This document shows, one piece after another, positions 1 to 6,297 of a DNA stretch of 46,003 bases. Made by a program: the position numbers and the translations under genes. Below the pieces are notes generated by a model. The model searched no databases and was not told the DNA's origin. It saw only the letters and a program-made list of their open reading frames with translations. The DNA is taken from IMG/VR virus record IMGVR_UViG_3300042564_000827, positions 1 to 46,003 of that record. One strand, given 5' to 3'. The DNA is from a virus (taxonomy: Duplodnaviria; Caudoviricetes). Position 1 is the stretch's first letter. Each line of letters opens with the position of its first letter.

Positions 1-53
1 ATAGCTGCTACTAGAACAACAAATCCAAGTAGACCTACAATAAAGTTATTCAT
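1..53 (-). CDS. Partial CDS (runs off window), hydrophobic N-terminus
   Basis: ATG at 53 preceded by AGGA; translates MNNFIVGLLGFVVLVAA... Confidence 0.55.
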   Translation of the reverse strand, partial: MNNFIVGLLGFVVLVAA

Positions 54-71
54 TAATTTTCCTAAAATTTA

Positions 72-146
72 TGGTGGGATAAGTAGGAATTGAACCTACA
101 CTCAATCGATTATGAGTCGAATGCTTTACCATTAAGCTATTATCCC
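72..146 (-). tRNA. tRNA with CAU anticodon, probably tRNA-Ile2 (lysidine type), otherwise Met
   Basis: Cloverleaf GGGATAA-TA-GCTT AATGGTA AAGC-A-TTCGA CTCATAA TCGAT-TGAGT-GTAGG TTCAATT CCTAC-TTATCCC-A-CCA. The anticodon arm CGACTCATAATCG resembles bacterial Ile2 tRNAs. CCA is encoded. Confidence 0.9.
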
Positions 147-196
147 ATAGGGTACTTTGCACTAGTTATCAGTGAAGTGCATTTCCCCAAAATCAT

Positions 197-703
197 TTAA
201 TAAGGACTGTCATCCTCATCATCAGTAACACCAACAGAATCTGCTACACGCACGATCTCTGTCTCTGTCATCTCAAATTCATCATCAGATGCCTTTGGAA
301 TGTATTCGTTAAGCTTAGTAATTTGCACTGCCATTAGCATAGATGCAATCTTACCTTCTTCTCCGTACTCGTATTGAAAGATACGAACATTACCAATTGA
401 GCCGTTACCGATACTCATTGGGTTGATATCATTCAAACCGCCATCAATAACCTTTACAGGCTGATTAACTTCACCATCTTTCTTCTTAGACTTTTTACGA
501 AGAGTTACAGAGTAAAATACTTTACCATCATCATCTTCTACAGTCTTAGGCTTTAAGTTGAGAGTAACCCACTCATTTTTAACTTTCTTATCCCTAGTTC
601 GAATTTGAACTTCCCATGTAGGTTGTTCTTTATTGAACTTTGCATTAGGTTTCTTGGGATCAAGACGTGGATAGAATAACTCAACATTTTTTAAAATAGC
701 CAT
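197..703 (-). CDS. ssb: T7 gp2.5-like single-stranded DNA-binding protein
   Basis: IGNGSIGNV and AVQITKLNEY motifs; acidic tail ending in an aromatic residue (DDEDDSPY); adjacent to RNAP. Confidence 0.85.
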   Translation of the reverse strand: MAILKNVELFYPRLDPKKPNAKFNKEQPTWEVQIRTRDKKVKNEWVTLNLKPKTVEDDDGKVFYSVTLRKKSKKKDGEVNQPVKVIDGGLNDINPMSIGNGSIGNVRIFQYEYGEEGKIASMLMAVQITKLNEYIPKASDDEFEMTETEIVRVADSVGVTDDEDDSPY

Positions 704-727
704 AGCTTTTTAGTTCCTTACTTTTAA

Positions 728-771
728 TTTCCAATTTTTTAATAAAAGGTATACATTGGAAAATGCATACC
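728..771 (-). promoter_or_regulatory. Predicted H-type pseudoknot (alternatively a terminator-like hairpin) in the SSB leader
   Basis: GGTATGCA-T-TTTCCAA-TGTATACC-(13 nt)-TTGGAAA; P1 8 bp with one GU, P2 7 bp. Confidence 0.55.
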
Positions 772-777
772 ATTGTG

Positions 778-797
778 CTTTAGCGTACCCTGGTAAA
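778..797 (-). promoter_or_regulatory. Putative phage-RNAP promoter, copy 1 (TTTACCAGGGTACGCTAAAG)
   Basis: 19/20 identical to the intergenic copies at 21569-21588 and 38138-38157; lies between the RNAP stop and SSB. Confidence 0.7.
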
Positions 798-799
798 AC

Positions 800-2974
800 T
801 TAACAAAAAGCATAATCTGAGTACAATATCTGTTTTACATCGAGATTACCCCTCTCAGGAATAAGGTCTTCGCATTGAAGTTCAGACAATAATTTCTCTA
901 AGGGTTTACTCTTATAAAACTCTACAAACTGTTCTCTTACTCTATAAAATAATTCTTCCATGTTTCCAGGCAAGGTGCCAAATGAATCATGAACAACTGT
1001 CATCTCATAAGGAGAAGATACTACAGTCATAGTTAAATGTGCTGCATCAAAACTGTGAACAATATTTGGTGCTGCACCCGTTCTTTGGGAGTCTTTATCA
1101 ATAGTTGCTTCCTCCCATGTTTGAAGTTGAACCTTAAGTTCTTCTTCACCATACTTCAATTTAGTTCTAACAATAGATGGTTTACGATAAGCTTGAACTA
1201 CAGGGAAGTTTGTTACTGGAGTAGTCCATTGCAGAAATACATCTTTCTTATTAGACCTATCAGCTAAGTCTTGAAACATTCTCAACATAGTTGCTGGTCC
1301 TTTAAGCTTCTCGTAACAAGTCTCAAATACTAAATCACCTAACATAGCACCCCAGAGGTGTTCTTTATCACGAAGGTATTCTGACATATCTCGGGTATCA
1401 TCAATAATTTGTTGACCCATACCATATGCAGTACCACCATAACCTAGAGTCATAACATTTCGTTTAACTACCTTACGTTGATCTTTTGGGTTATCAATGT
1501 TAAGCCAGTAAACAGGAAATAATTTTTCTCTAATAGAACGATTTTGATTACGCCACTCTTGAGCAGCAGCATAAGCAAGAGCCTTTTGCTCACTCTTGTC
1601 AGGTGCATCAAAATAAGCTTTCTGTAGTTCTTTAGCTTTATTGTATACACTATCGAACTGATCACGTTCTTCCTGTGTTAATTGGTCTGCTAACTCTTGA
1701 AGTCTTTTCCATGCATATTTAGCAATATACATATACACATCCCCAGGAGTATCTTGTGGTACTAGGTTTACTAGTGGTGCAATATCTTCATCTTGTGACA
1801 TTGCCACTAGATGCTGTACACCATTATTAGAACCATCAATATACACAGGTAAAGAACATTCATAATCCTCTAATGCATTACCATCCATTAACCAATTTTT
1901 AATTTTCTTAAGTTCATAACAAGCCGCTAAGAAAGAGAATGGTGCATCTGTCTCCATCCATCCTTGATTAACAGTTGGCTTATCTGCATAGGATAAGAAT
2001 AGATTAAGATTCTCATCTACAAATTCAGCTCTCTGCTTTAGCGTCACCTTGTCATTTCCAAAAGAATTTGAAGTGTGCACTTTTAACCAGAATAAACCTG
2101 ATTCACCTAATGGTGCTGATTTATCTAGTAGTAACAAGCCCTTTGCATTATCACTAGACTGCTCGTGAAGAAAGGCTGTATTAACATAAACACGACCTCT
2201 AAAATCAAAATTATAGATATGATAAAAAGCATTATCTAAATGATTTAATGCTAATCTTTCAATACCTTGTGCTTCGATTAAGAGTGATTGTTTCTTTTCT
2301 TCATCAATTTCTGTATGTAATTTAAAGGGACTATTAGAACATGGGTTATGTAAAAAGTGTTGATAAACTAAAAATACATCTTTATTAATTCTCCAGCCAA
2401 TAGACTGTAATTTGTTTAAAGTATCAAACAAAATTTGTTTATCTTGACCCTTGAATTTACTTAATGCAGTAGAATGACCCTTCTTAATAATAGGAGAGCC
2501 ATTAGCATTAAATGCAGAAGACCACGGTTGAGTTTGTTCTCGCAATGGAAATATATCAACTTTACTTTGGTCAATTAAACCCCATAGTTGTTCAATTGCT
2601 TTCCAGTCTTTAACTTGTAAAAAGTAAGCTTTGTATTTACTCTTCTTTCCATTTTTATAAGTATACTTAAGCCTGAAAGTAAGAATATTACATTCAATAT
2701 AAGCAATACAAATAAACCAACCTACTTGTGCATCTGATACTGTATCATTTGGGAGATTAAGAATCTGTCTTAGTCTTCTGCCAATTGTAGCAACAATATC
2801 TACTAATGTAGCTTGTCGTTCTAGTCCTCTTAATATATGAGGATATGACACATCAATCAATGTATTTGGTGGTACATCTTTGAGATAATGTGTATAGATA
2901 TTACGATCTGATCTCAAGACAGATTGTCTTTTAGTCAAATCTAAAATCAAGTTATCTAAGATATTATTCACCAT
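800..2974 (-). CDS. T7-like single-subunit DNA-directed RNA polymerase (724 aa, short N-terminal domain)
   Basis: DFRGRVY, motif A IDGSNNGVQH, motif B RKVVKRNVMTLGYG, APNIVHSFDAAHL, motif C VHDSFGT, C-terminal SDYAFC (T7 has SDFAFA). Confidence 0.97.
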   Translation of the reverse strand: MVNNILDNLILDLTKRQSVLRSDRNIYTHYLKDVPPNTLIDVSYPHILRGLERQATLVDIVATIGRRLRQILNLPNDTVSDAQVGWFICIAYIECNILTFRLKYTYKNGKKSKYKAYFLQVKDWKAIEQLWGLIDQSKVDIFPLREQTQPWSSAFNANGSPIIKKGHSTALSKFKGQDKQILFDTLNKLQSIGWRINKDVFLVYQHFLHNPCSNSPFKLHTEIDEEKKQSLLIEAQGIERLALNHLDNAFYHIYNFDFRGRVYVNTAFLHEQSSDNAKGLLLLDKSAPLGESGLFWLKVHTSNSFGNDKVTLKQRAEFVDENLNLFLSYADKPTVNQGWMETDAPFSFLAACYELKKIKNWLMDGNALEDYECSLPVYIDGSNNGVQHLVAMSQDEDIAPLVNLVPQDTPGDVYMYIAKYAWKRLQELADQLTQEERDQFDSVYNKAKELQKAYFDAPDKSEQKALAYAAAQEWRNQNRSIREKLFPVYWLNIDNPKDQRKVVKRNVMTLGYGGTAYGMGQQIIDDTRDMSEYLRDKEHLWGAMLGDLVFETCYEKLKGPATMLRMFQDLADRSNKKDVFLQWTTPVTNFPVVQAYRKPSIVRTKLKYGEEELKVQLQTWEEATIDKDSQRTGAAPNIVHSFDAAHLTMTVVSSPYEMTVVHDSFGTLPGNMEELFYRVREQFVEFYKSKPLEKLLSELQCEDLIPERGNLDVKQILYSDYAFC

Positions 2975-2976
2975 TA

Positions 2977-3075
2977 TTATTTTCCTACTTCTACTTCTGC
3001 ATCCTCCATATAGTTAACTACCTTTCTAGCCAAATAGATTAAGCATACAATAACACATGCTTTCCAAACATTCAT
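2977..3075 (-). CDS. 32-aa small hydrophobic protein (not in ORF track)
   Basis: AAGGA RBS; MNVWKACVIVCLIYLARKVVNYMEDAEVEVGK; stop abuts the RNAP start. Confidence 0.6.
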   Translation of the reverse strand: MNVWKACVIVCLIYLARKVVNYMEDAEVEVGK

Positions 3076-3112
3076 AAATATCCTTATTATTATTATTATT
3101 TTGATAAGAAAA

Positions 3113-3145
3113 GCCAGCTAGATTAGACTCCCGCTGGCAGGGAGT
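3113..3145 (-). promoter_or_regulatory. Predicted GC-rich H-type pseudoknot upstream of the small ORF/RNAP pair
   Basis: ACTCCC-T-GCCAGC-GGGAGT-CTAATCTA-GCTGGC-TTTT: two perfect 6-bp interleaved stems in an AT-rich intergenic gap. Confidence 0.65.
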
Positions 3146-3147
3146 AA

Positions 3148-3348
3148 TTATGATTTTGATTTCCTAAGAAAAAGAAAGAACCTAATTAGAAATAGCAACA
3201 TAAATGCTGCTGATGCTATCTCTTCAGTAGTGTGACCTTCTCCTTGCAGTAGCCACAAAATACCAAAATACATTAACCACTCTACAAATAAAATTTGGAA
3301 GGTGTTAAACTTCTTTGTCTTATTTGTTGTTCCTGATTGTGTTGACAT
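3148..3348 (-). CDS. Small membrane protein, two hydrophobic segments
   Basis: ORF track gives 3148-3354; ATG at 3348 is the likelier start; two TM-like stretches. Confidence 0.6.
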   Translation of the reverse strand: MSTQSGTTNKTKKFNTFQILFVEWLMYFGILWLLQGEGHTTEEIASAAFMLLFLIRFFLFLRKSKS

Positions 3349-3559
3349 GACCAATTCTCTTAAATCGTTGATTCAAATTTGCTAAAGGATTAATTTTCCA
3401 GAGATCAAGTTCTTTACCAACTTCGTTAAAGAAAGCTAAAGAATGTGGCTCATGACGAGCTTTAACATACTTATAGATTTCATTTCCTACTTGGTAAACA
3501 TAACCTTCTTCATCTGAAATATTAACTGGAGAGGGATTAAACAAGCACTTATTGCACAT
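3320..3559 (-). CDS. Hypothetical protein (79 aa)
   Basis: ORF with GGAG RBS, tightly packed in operon. Confidence 0.65.
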   Translation of the reverse strand: MCNKCLFNPSPVNISDEEGYVYQVGNEIYKYVKARHEPHSLAFFNEVGKELDLWKINPLANLNQRFKRIGHVNTIRNNK

Positions 3560-3561
3560 TT

Positions 3562-3816
3562 TTAAACTCCTAACTTTTTATCTACTAAGATTAAATCTTC
3601 TATAGCCTTAAAAATCCTACGGAAATCTTCCGCAGATTCTGTAATAACTGAAGCTACAGTCTCACCAACCATATATGCTGAGTGAACATCATATAGTGAA
3701 GGAGGAACTATTGCTTGCAGATAATCATCATACACAGTCACTTTAACTGAATCAAAGGGACTATCTTGAATTGCTTCAATAGTGTAATCACCAGCTTTTA
3801 TTGTTAGAATAGACAT
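3562..3816 (-). CDS. Hypothetical protein (84 aa)
   Basis: ORF with GAGG RBS, operon packing. Confidence 0.7.
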   Translation of the reverse strand: MSILTIKAGDYTIEAIQDSPFDSVKVTVYDDYLQAIVPPSLYDVHSAYMVGETVASVITESAEDFRRIFKAIEDLILVDKKLGV

Positions 3817-3818
3817 AA

Positions 3819-4064
3819 TTAATCCTCGATTACTTGATCATAGATTGAAGTAAACTCGATGATAGAACCATCAAGCTCAACTTCAGTACACATTCTTTCA
3901 ATTAACTCTTTAGAAGTACTTGTAGCATAGACTGCAGGTATTCCTTTAGTGTCATTTGAGAATATGTAGGTAAGACCAAATTCCTCTAATGATTCAATGA
4001 TTTCTTGCGCTGTACATCCGAAGTTATCGCCATACAGTGGGTTTAACAAAAGAAATTTACTCAT
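3819..4064 (-). CDS. Hypothetical acidic protein (81 aa)
   Basis: ORF with GGAG RBS, operon packing. Confidence 0.7.
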   Translation of the reverse strand: MSKFLLLNPLYGDNFGCTAQEIIESLEEFGLTYIFSNDTKGIPAVYATSTSKELIERMCTEVELDGSIIEFTSIYDQVIED

Positions 4065-4085
4065 TATAACTCCAAAATTAAAAGA

Positions 4086-4164
4086 ACTTGGTACTTACCC
4101 CAAGTGGTCTCTCTACTGAGAAAGTCCAGTACTTACCCTGGAGGGTCTCTCTATACCGAGAAGG
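4086..4164 (-). repeat. Tandem ~39-bp structured repeat (2 units) with covarying stems
   Basis: Minus strand: TTCTCGGTATAGAGAGACCC-TCCAG-GGTAAGTA-CTGGA, then TTCTCAGTAGAGAGACC-ACTTGG-GGTAAGTA-CCAAGT. Confidence 0.8.
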
Positions 4165-4172
4165 CTATTGGT

Positions 4173-4286
4173 TTACATATAAATTACTACATTTACAAGA
4201 GCAGGACTAAAGTAATTTAGATACTCTGTATATGGAGTTGTTGTGATTAATTCACCAGTAATTTTATTGTACACAAAATAAACCAT
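4173..4286 (-). CDS. 37-aa small protein (not in ORF track)
   Basis: AAGGAG RBS; MVYFVYNKITGELITTTPYTEYLNYFSPALVNVVIYM. Confidence 0.6.
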   Translation of the reverse strand: MVYFVYNKITGELITTTPYTEYLNYFSPALVNVVIYM

Positions 4287-4296
4287 TTTTAACTCC

Positions 4297-4407
4297 TTAT
4301 TGAACTAAAGCATCAAGCCCATGTAATAGTAATGCACAAAGGCCTAAGCCAACAGCAATAGCAGTTACAATATTCATAAATGTTTCTGATTCAAAAAACT
4401 TTCTCAT
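4297..4407 (-). CDS. 36-aa single-TM peptide (not in ORF track)
   Basis: AAGGA RBS; MRKFFESETFMNIVTAIAVGLGLCALLLHGLDALVQ. Confidence 0.6.
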   Translation of the reverse strand: MRKFFESETFMNIVTAIAVGLGLCALLLHGLDALVQ

Positions 4408-4420
4408 TTTAAAATCCTTA

Positions 4421-4513
4421 TTAAACTAAAAGATCAAGACTATTAGATAGTGCAATTACGAGAGCTATCACAATTATAACCGCTAATCCAACATTTAGAA
4501 TTTCTTCTAACAT
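4421..4513 (-). CDS. 30-aa single-TM peptide, probable paralog of 4297-4407
   Basis: GAGGA RBS; MLEEILNVGLAVIIVIALVIALSNSLDLLV; 3' DNA similar to its neighbour. Confidence 0.6.
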   Translation of the reverse strand: MLEEILNVGLAVIIVIALVIALSNSLDLLV

Positions 4514-4521
4514 ATATCCTC

Positions 4522-4935
4522 TTATTTAGTAAGGTTATCGTAGACTTTAGAGACACTCTCATGTGCCTTAGCATAACCTAAGGTCAAACCAATTACGGCT
4601 TTATCCTTAAGATTACGATCTTCTACTGGTGTAACAATTGCCTTCTCAAAGGTTGTAGGTTCTGTATTTGCTTTATTGAACAAAGCTAACTTATCACTAC
4701 GATCTTTTTCATCAAATGCACATACTGCTACATTTGTTGTAGTTGCTAGAGTACCTGTAACGATACCTGTAGCAATTACTGGACCAGCACCAGGAATCAG
4801 CAATGCTGCGGCAGCACCTGCTAATGCACCATAAGTACCTACTTTAAGAACTTCTTTGGGCTTACAGAAAGATTCCTGTGCAAAAGAAGAAACACTTGCT
4901 ACACACAAAGTCAACACAATAAAGAACTTTTTCAT
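4522..4935 (-). CDS. Exported/membrane protein with signal peptide and glycine-zipper-like segment
   Basis: Likely start MKKFFIVLTLCVASVSSFA after GGAG RBS; GALAGAAAALLIPGAG. Confidence 0.7.
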   Translation of the reverse strand: MKKFFIVLTLCVASVSSFAQESFCKPKEVLKVGTYGALAGAAAALLIPGAGPVIATGIVTGTLATTTNVAVCAFDEKDRSDKLALFNKANTEPTTFEKAIVTPVEDRNLKDKAVIGLTLGYAKAHESVSKVYDNLTK

Positions 4936-4956
4936 TTTAAACTCCATAGTTAAAGG

Positions 4957-5016
4957 GAAATACACAAGACCGCTTCTCAGCGGTTTCGTCTAATAAAGAC
5001 TCATCAGTTGTGTTTC
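4957..5016 (-). ncRNA. Type I hammerhead ribozyme
   Basis: ACACAA-CUGAUGA-GUCU UUAUU AGAC-GAAA-CCGCU GAGA AGCGG-UC/UUGUGU. Full conserved core and three stems; predicted GUC cleavage between 4968 and 4967. Confidence 0.92.
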
Positions 5017-5267
5017 TTATCACATTGCGCTATTATTTCGTAAGGATTTAATGGCTTAATGTTATTAAGATCTTTAATTTTTTTTACTTCTTTATCGAGG
5101 GCATAGACTGCAGCTTCAAGAGCATCCATTTTACATAGTGTTTTAGCCCTGTCCTGTGCTTTAATTTCGCCATCATTAATTAACATATCTACATACTTTT
5201 CATGCTTAGAAGCCATAGCAGTAGTAGACAAGAGTGTAATAAAAACAGCAATTAACAATTTTAACAT
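5004..5267 (-). CDS. Small exported protein with signal peptide (87 aa)
   Basis: MLKLLIAVFITLLSTTAMA signal; AAGGA RBS; two Cys. Confidence 0.75.
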   Translation of the reverse strand: MLKLLIAVFITLLSTTAMASKHEKYVDMLINDGEIKAQDRAKTLCKMDALEAAVYALDKEVKKIKDLNNIKPLNPYEIIAQCDKKHN

Positions 5268-5288
5268 TTTAACTTTCCTTAAGTTTAT

Positions 5289-5353
5289 TGATTTTGATTA
5301 CTTTATCTAAATGATATTTCTTCATTATAGATACATCATTTTTCTCACTTTTT
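5289..5353 (-). promoter_or_regulatory. 65-bp direct repeat copy B, putative early promoter
   Basis: 64/65 identical to 5536-5600; contains TATAAT inside an 11-bp imperfect inverted repeat (5304-5333). Confidence 0.75.
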
Positions 5354-5522
5354 ATTGTGAATTTTCTTCGCAAAGTTGATCAAAAGATTTGTATTGACCC
5401 TCTGAACGTGTTACTCGATGTACTGCTTCAGGTGTTAAACCTTCATGTGGTACATAGCCAAATCGTTTCATATTATCAGCATCAAACACTTTATTGAATA
5501 ATACATCAATTTCAAAGCTCAT
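5352..5522 (-). CDS. 56-aa hypothetical protein between the two 65-bp repeats (not in ORF track)
   Basis: AAGGA RBS; MSFEIDVLFNKVFDADNMKRFGYVPHEGLTPEAVHRVTRSEGQYKSFDQLCEENSQ. Confidence 0.7.
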   Translation of the reverse strand: MSFEIDVLFNKVFDADNMKRFGYVPHEGLTPEAVHRVTRSEGQYKSFDQLCEENSQ

Positions 5523-5535
5523 TTAAGTTCCTTTA

Positions 5536-5600
5536 TGATTTTGATTACTTTATCTAAATGATATTTCTTCATTATAGATACGTCATTTTTCTCACTTTTT
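5536..5600 (-). promoter_or_regulatory. 65-bp direct repeat copy A, putative early promoter
   Basis: AAAAAGTGAGAAAAATGACGTATCTATAATGAAGAAATATCATTTAGATAAAGTAATCAAAATCA, directly after the late-operon terminator. Confidence 0.75.
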
Positions 5601-5604
5601 TGAT

Positions 5605-5634
5605 AAAAAAGGCCACCCTTTTTATGGGGTGACC
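5605..5634 (-). terminator. Intrinsic terminator ending the structural operon
   Basis: GGTCACCC-CATAAAAA-GGGTGGCC-TTTTTT. Confidence 0.85.
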
Positions 5635-5641
5635 ATTAGTT

Positions 5642-5869
5642 TTAAGCTACTTCAGCAGGTACTTCTTCTTTTGTTTCTAATGCTTGTTTAAGCATACCAA
5701 AGAAAGCATTACGACCTATTTGTAATTGATCTAGATTAAACTTAGCAGAGTCTAGTTTACGATCCAAATCTGCGACATGATTAACAAGCATTTGTTGCTC
5801 TTGAGTCATGTCCTCATATTTGTATTCGATACCATCAATAGAGATAGGGGTCTTTTCATTTTTTCCCAT
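5642..5869 (-). CDS. Small coiled-coil protein, tail-fibre associated
   Basis: Heptad-rich 75 aa at the end of the fibre cluster. Confidence 0.7.
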   Translation of the reverse strand: MGKNEKTPISIDGIEYKYEDMTQEQQMLVNHVADLDRKLDSAKFNLDQLQIGRNAFFGMLKQALETKEEVPAEVA

Positions 5870-5917
5870 TTTTATTTTCCTTTTAAATTGCTACCAAAGT
5901 TGGGTGGTAGCTTCCCT

Positions 5918-6280
5918 TTAAATTGTTGGTCCTGCTGCCCAAGGGAGTGCAGGTTGAATAATTGGCGGATTGATTTGACTGTCAATCTGTGACTGAATAG
6001 CCGCTTCTGTTGTTTCTTTTTCAACGCCATTGGCATAGCACCAACTCAATACTTGTGTTTGAGTTAACTCAGCGAAAGGTGTAAATTGTCCACCCTCTTC
6101 TGGTTGTGGAAAAGAACAAATTGAATAAGTAGTTGCATTGTAGGTTTTGGCGGTTTCGCCAGTGCCTTCAGTTTGTGTGCCGTTACAGCGCCATCCTGCG
6201 GTTACAACCACATTGGCTAAAGAGCCATCTGTTGGTTTGCAGGACATCCATTCGATCACCCATGTGATAGTTGCTGACAT
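5918..6280 (-). CDS. Tail-fibre-associated protein (possible chaperone)
   Basis: 120 aa, FTPFAELT...VLSW...LPW pattern typical of ORFs following phage fibres. Confidence 0.65.
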   Translation of the reverse strand: MSATITWVIEWMSCKPTDGSLANVVVTAGWRCNGTQTEGTGETAKTYNATTYSICSFPQPEEGGQFTPFAELTQTQVLSWCYANGVEKETTEAAIQSQIDSQINPPIIQPALPWAAGPTI

Positions 6281-6297
6281 ATATTTTCCTTTATAAA

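Noticed and set aside
150-188. Hairpin TGCACT...AGTGCA upstream of the tRNA, considered as a tRNA-associated ribozyme
   Set aside because: Single short stem; CTGATAA is not a valid hammerhead core; no HDV-like nested pseudoknot evident
4091-4138. GGTAAGTA / TACTTACC matches the eukaryotic 5' splice site and the U1 snRNA 5' end
   Set aside because: Short match in a clearly bacteriophage context; coincidental
4086-5600. Repeats considered as a mini CRISPR array
   Set aside because: Only two copies of each, no unique spacers of regular length, no cas genes in the window
5890-5911. GCTACCA/TGGTAGC hairpin between the last two late genes
   Set aside because: No proper U-tract; function cannot be supported
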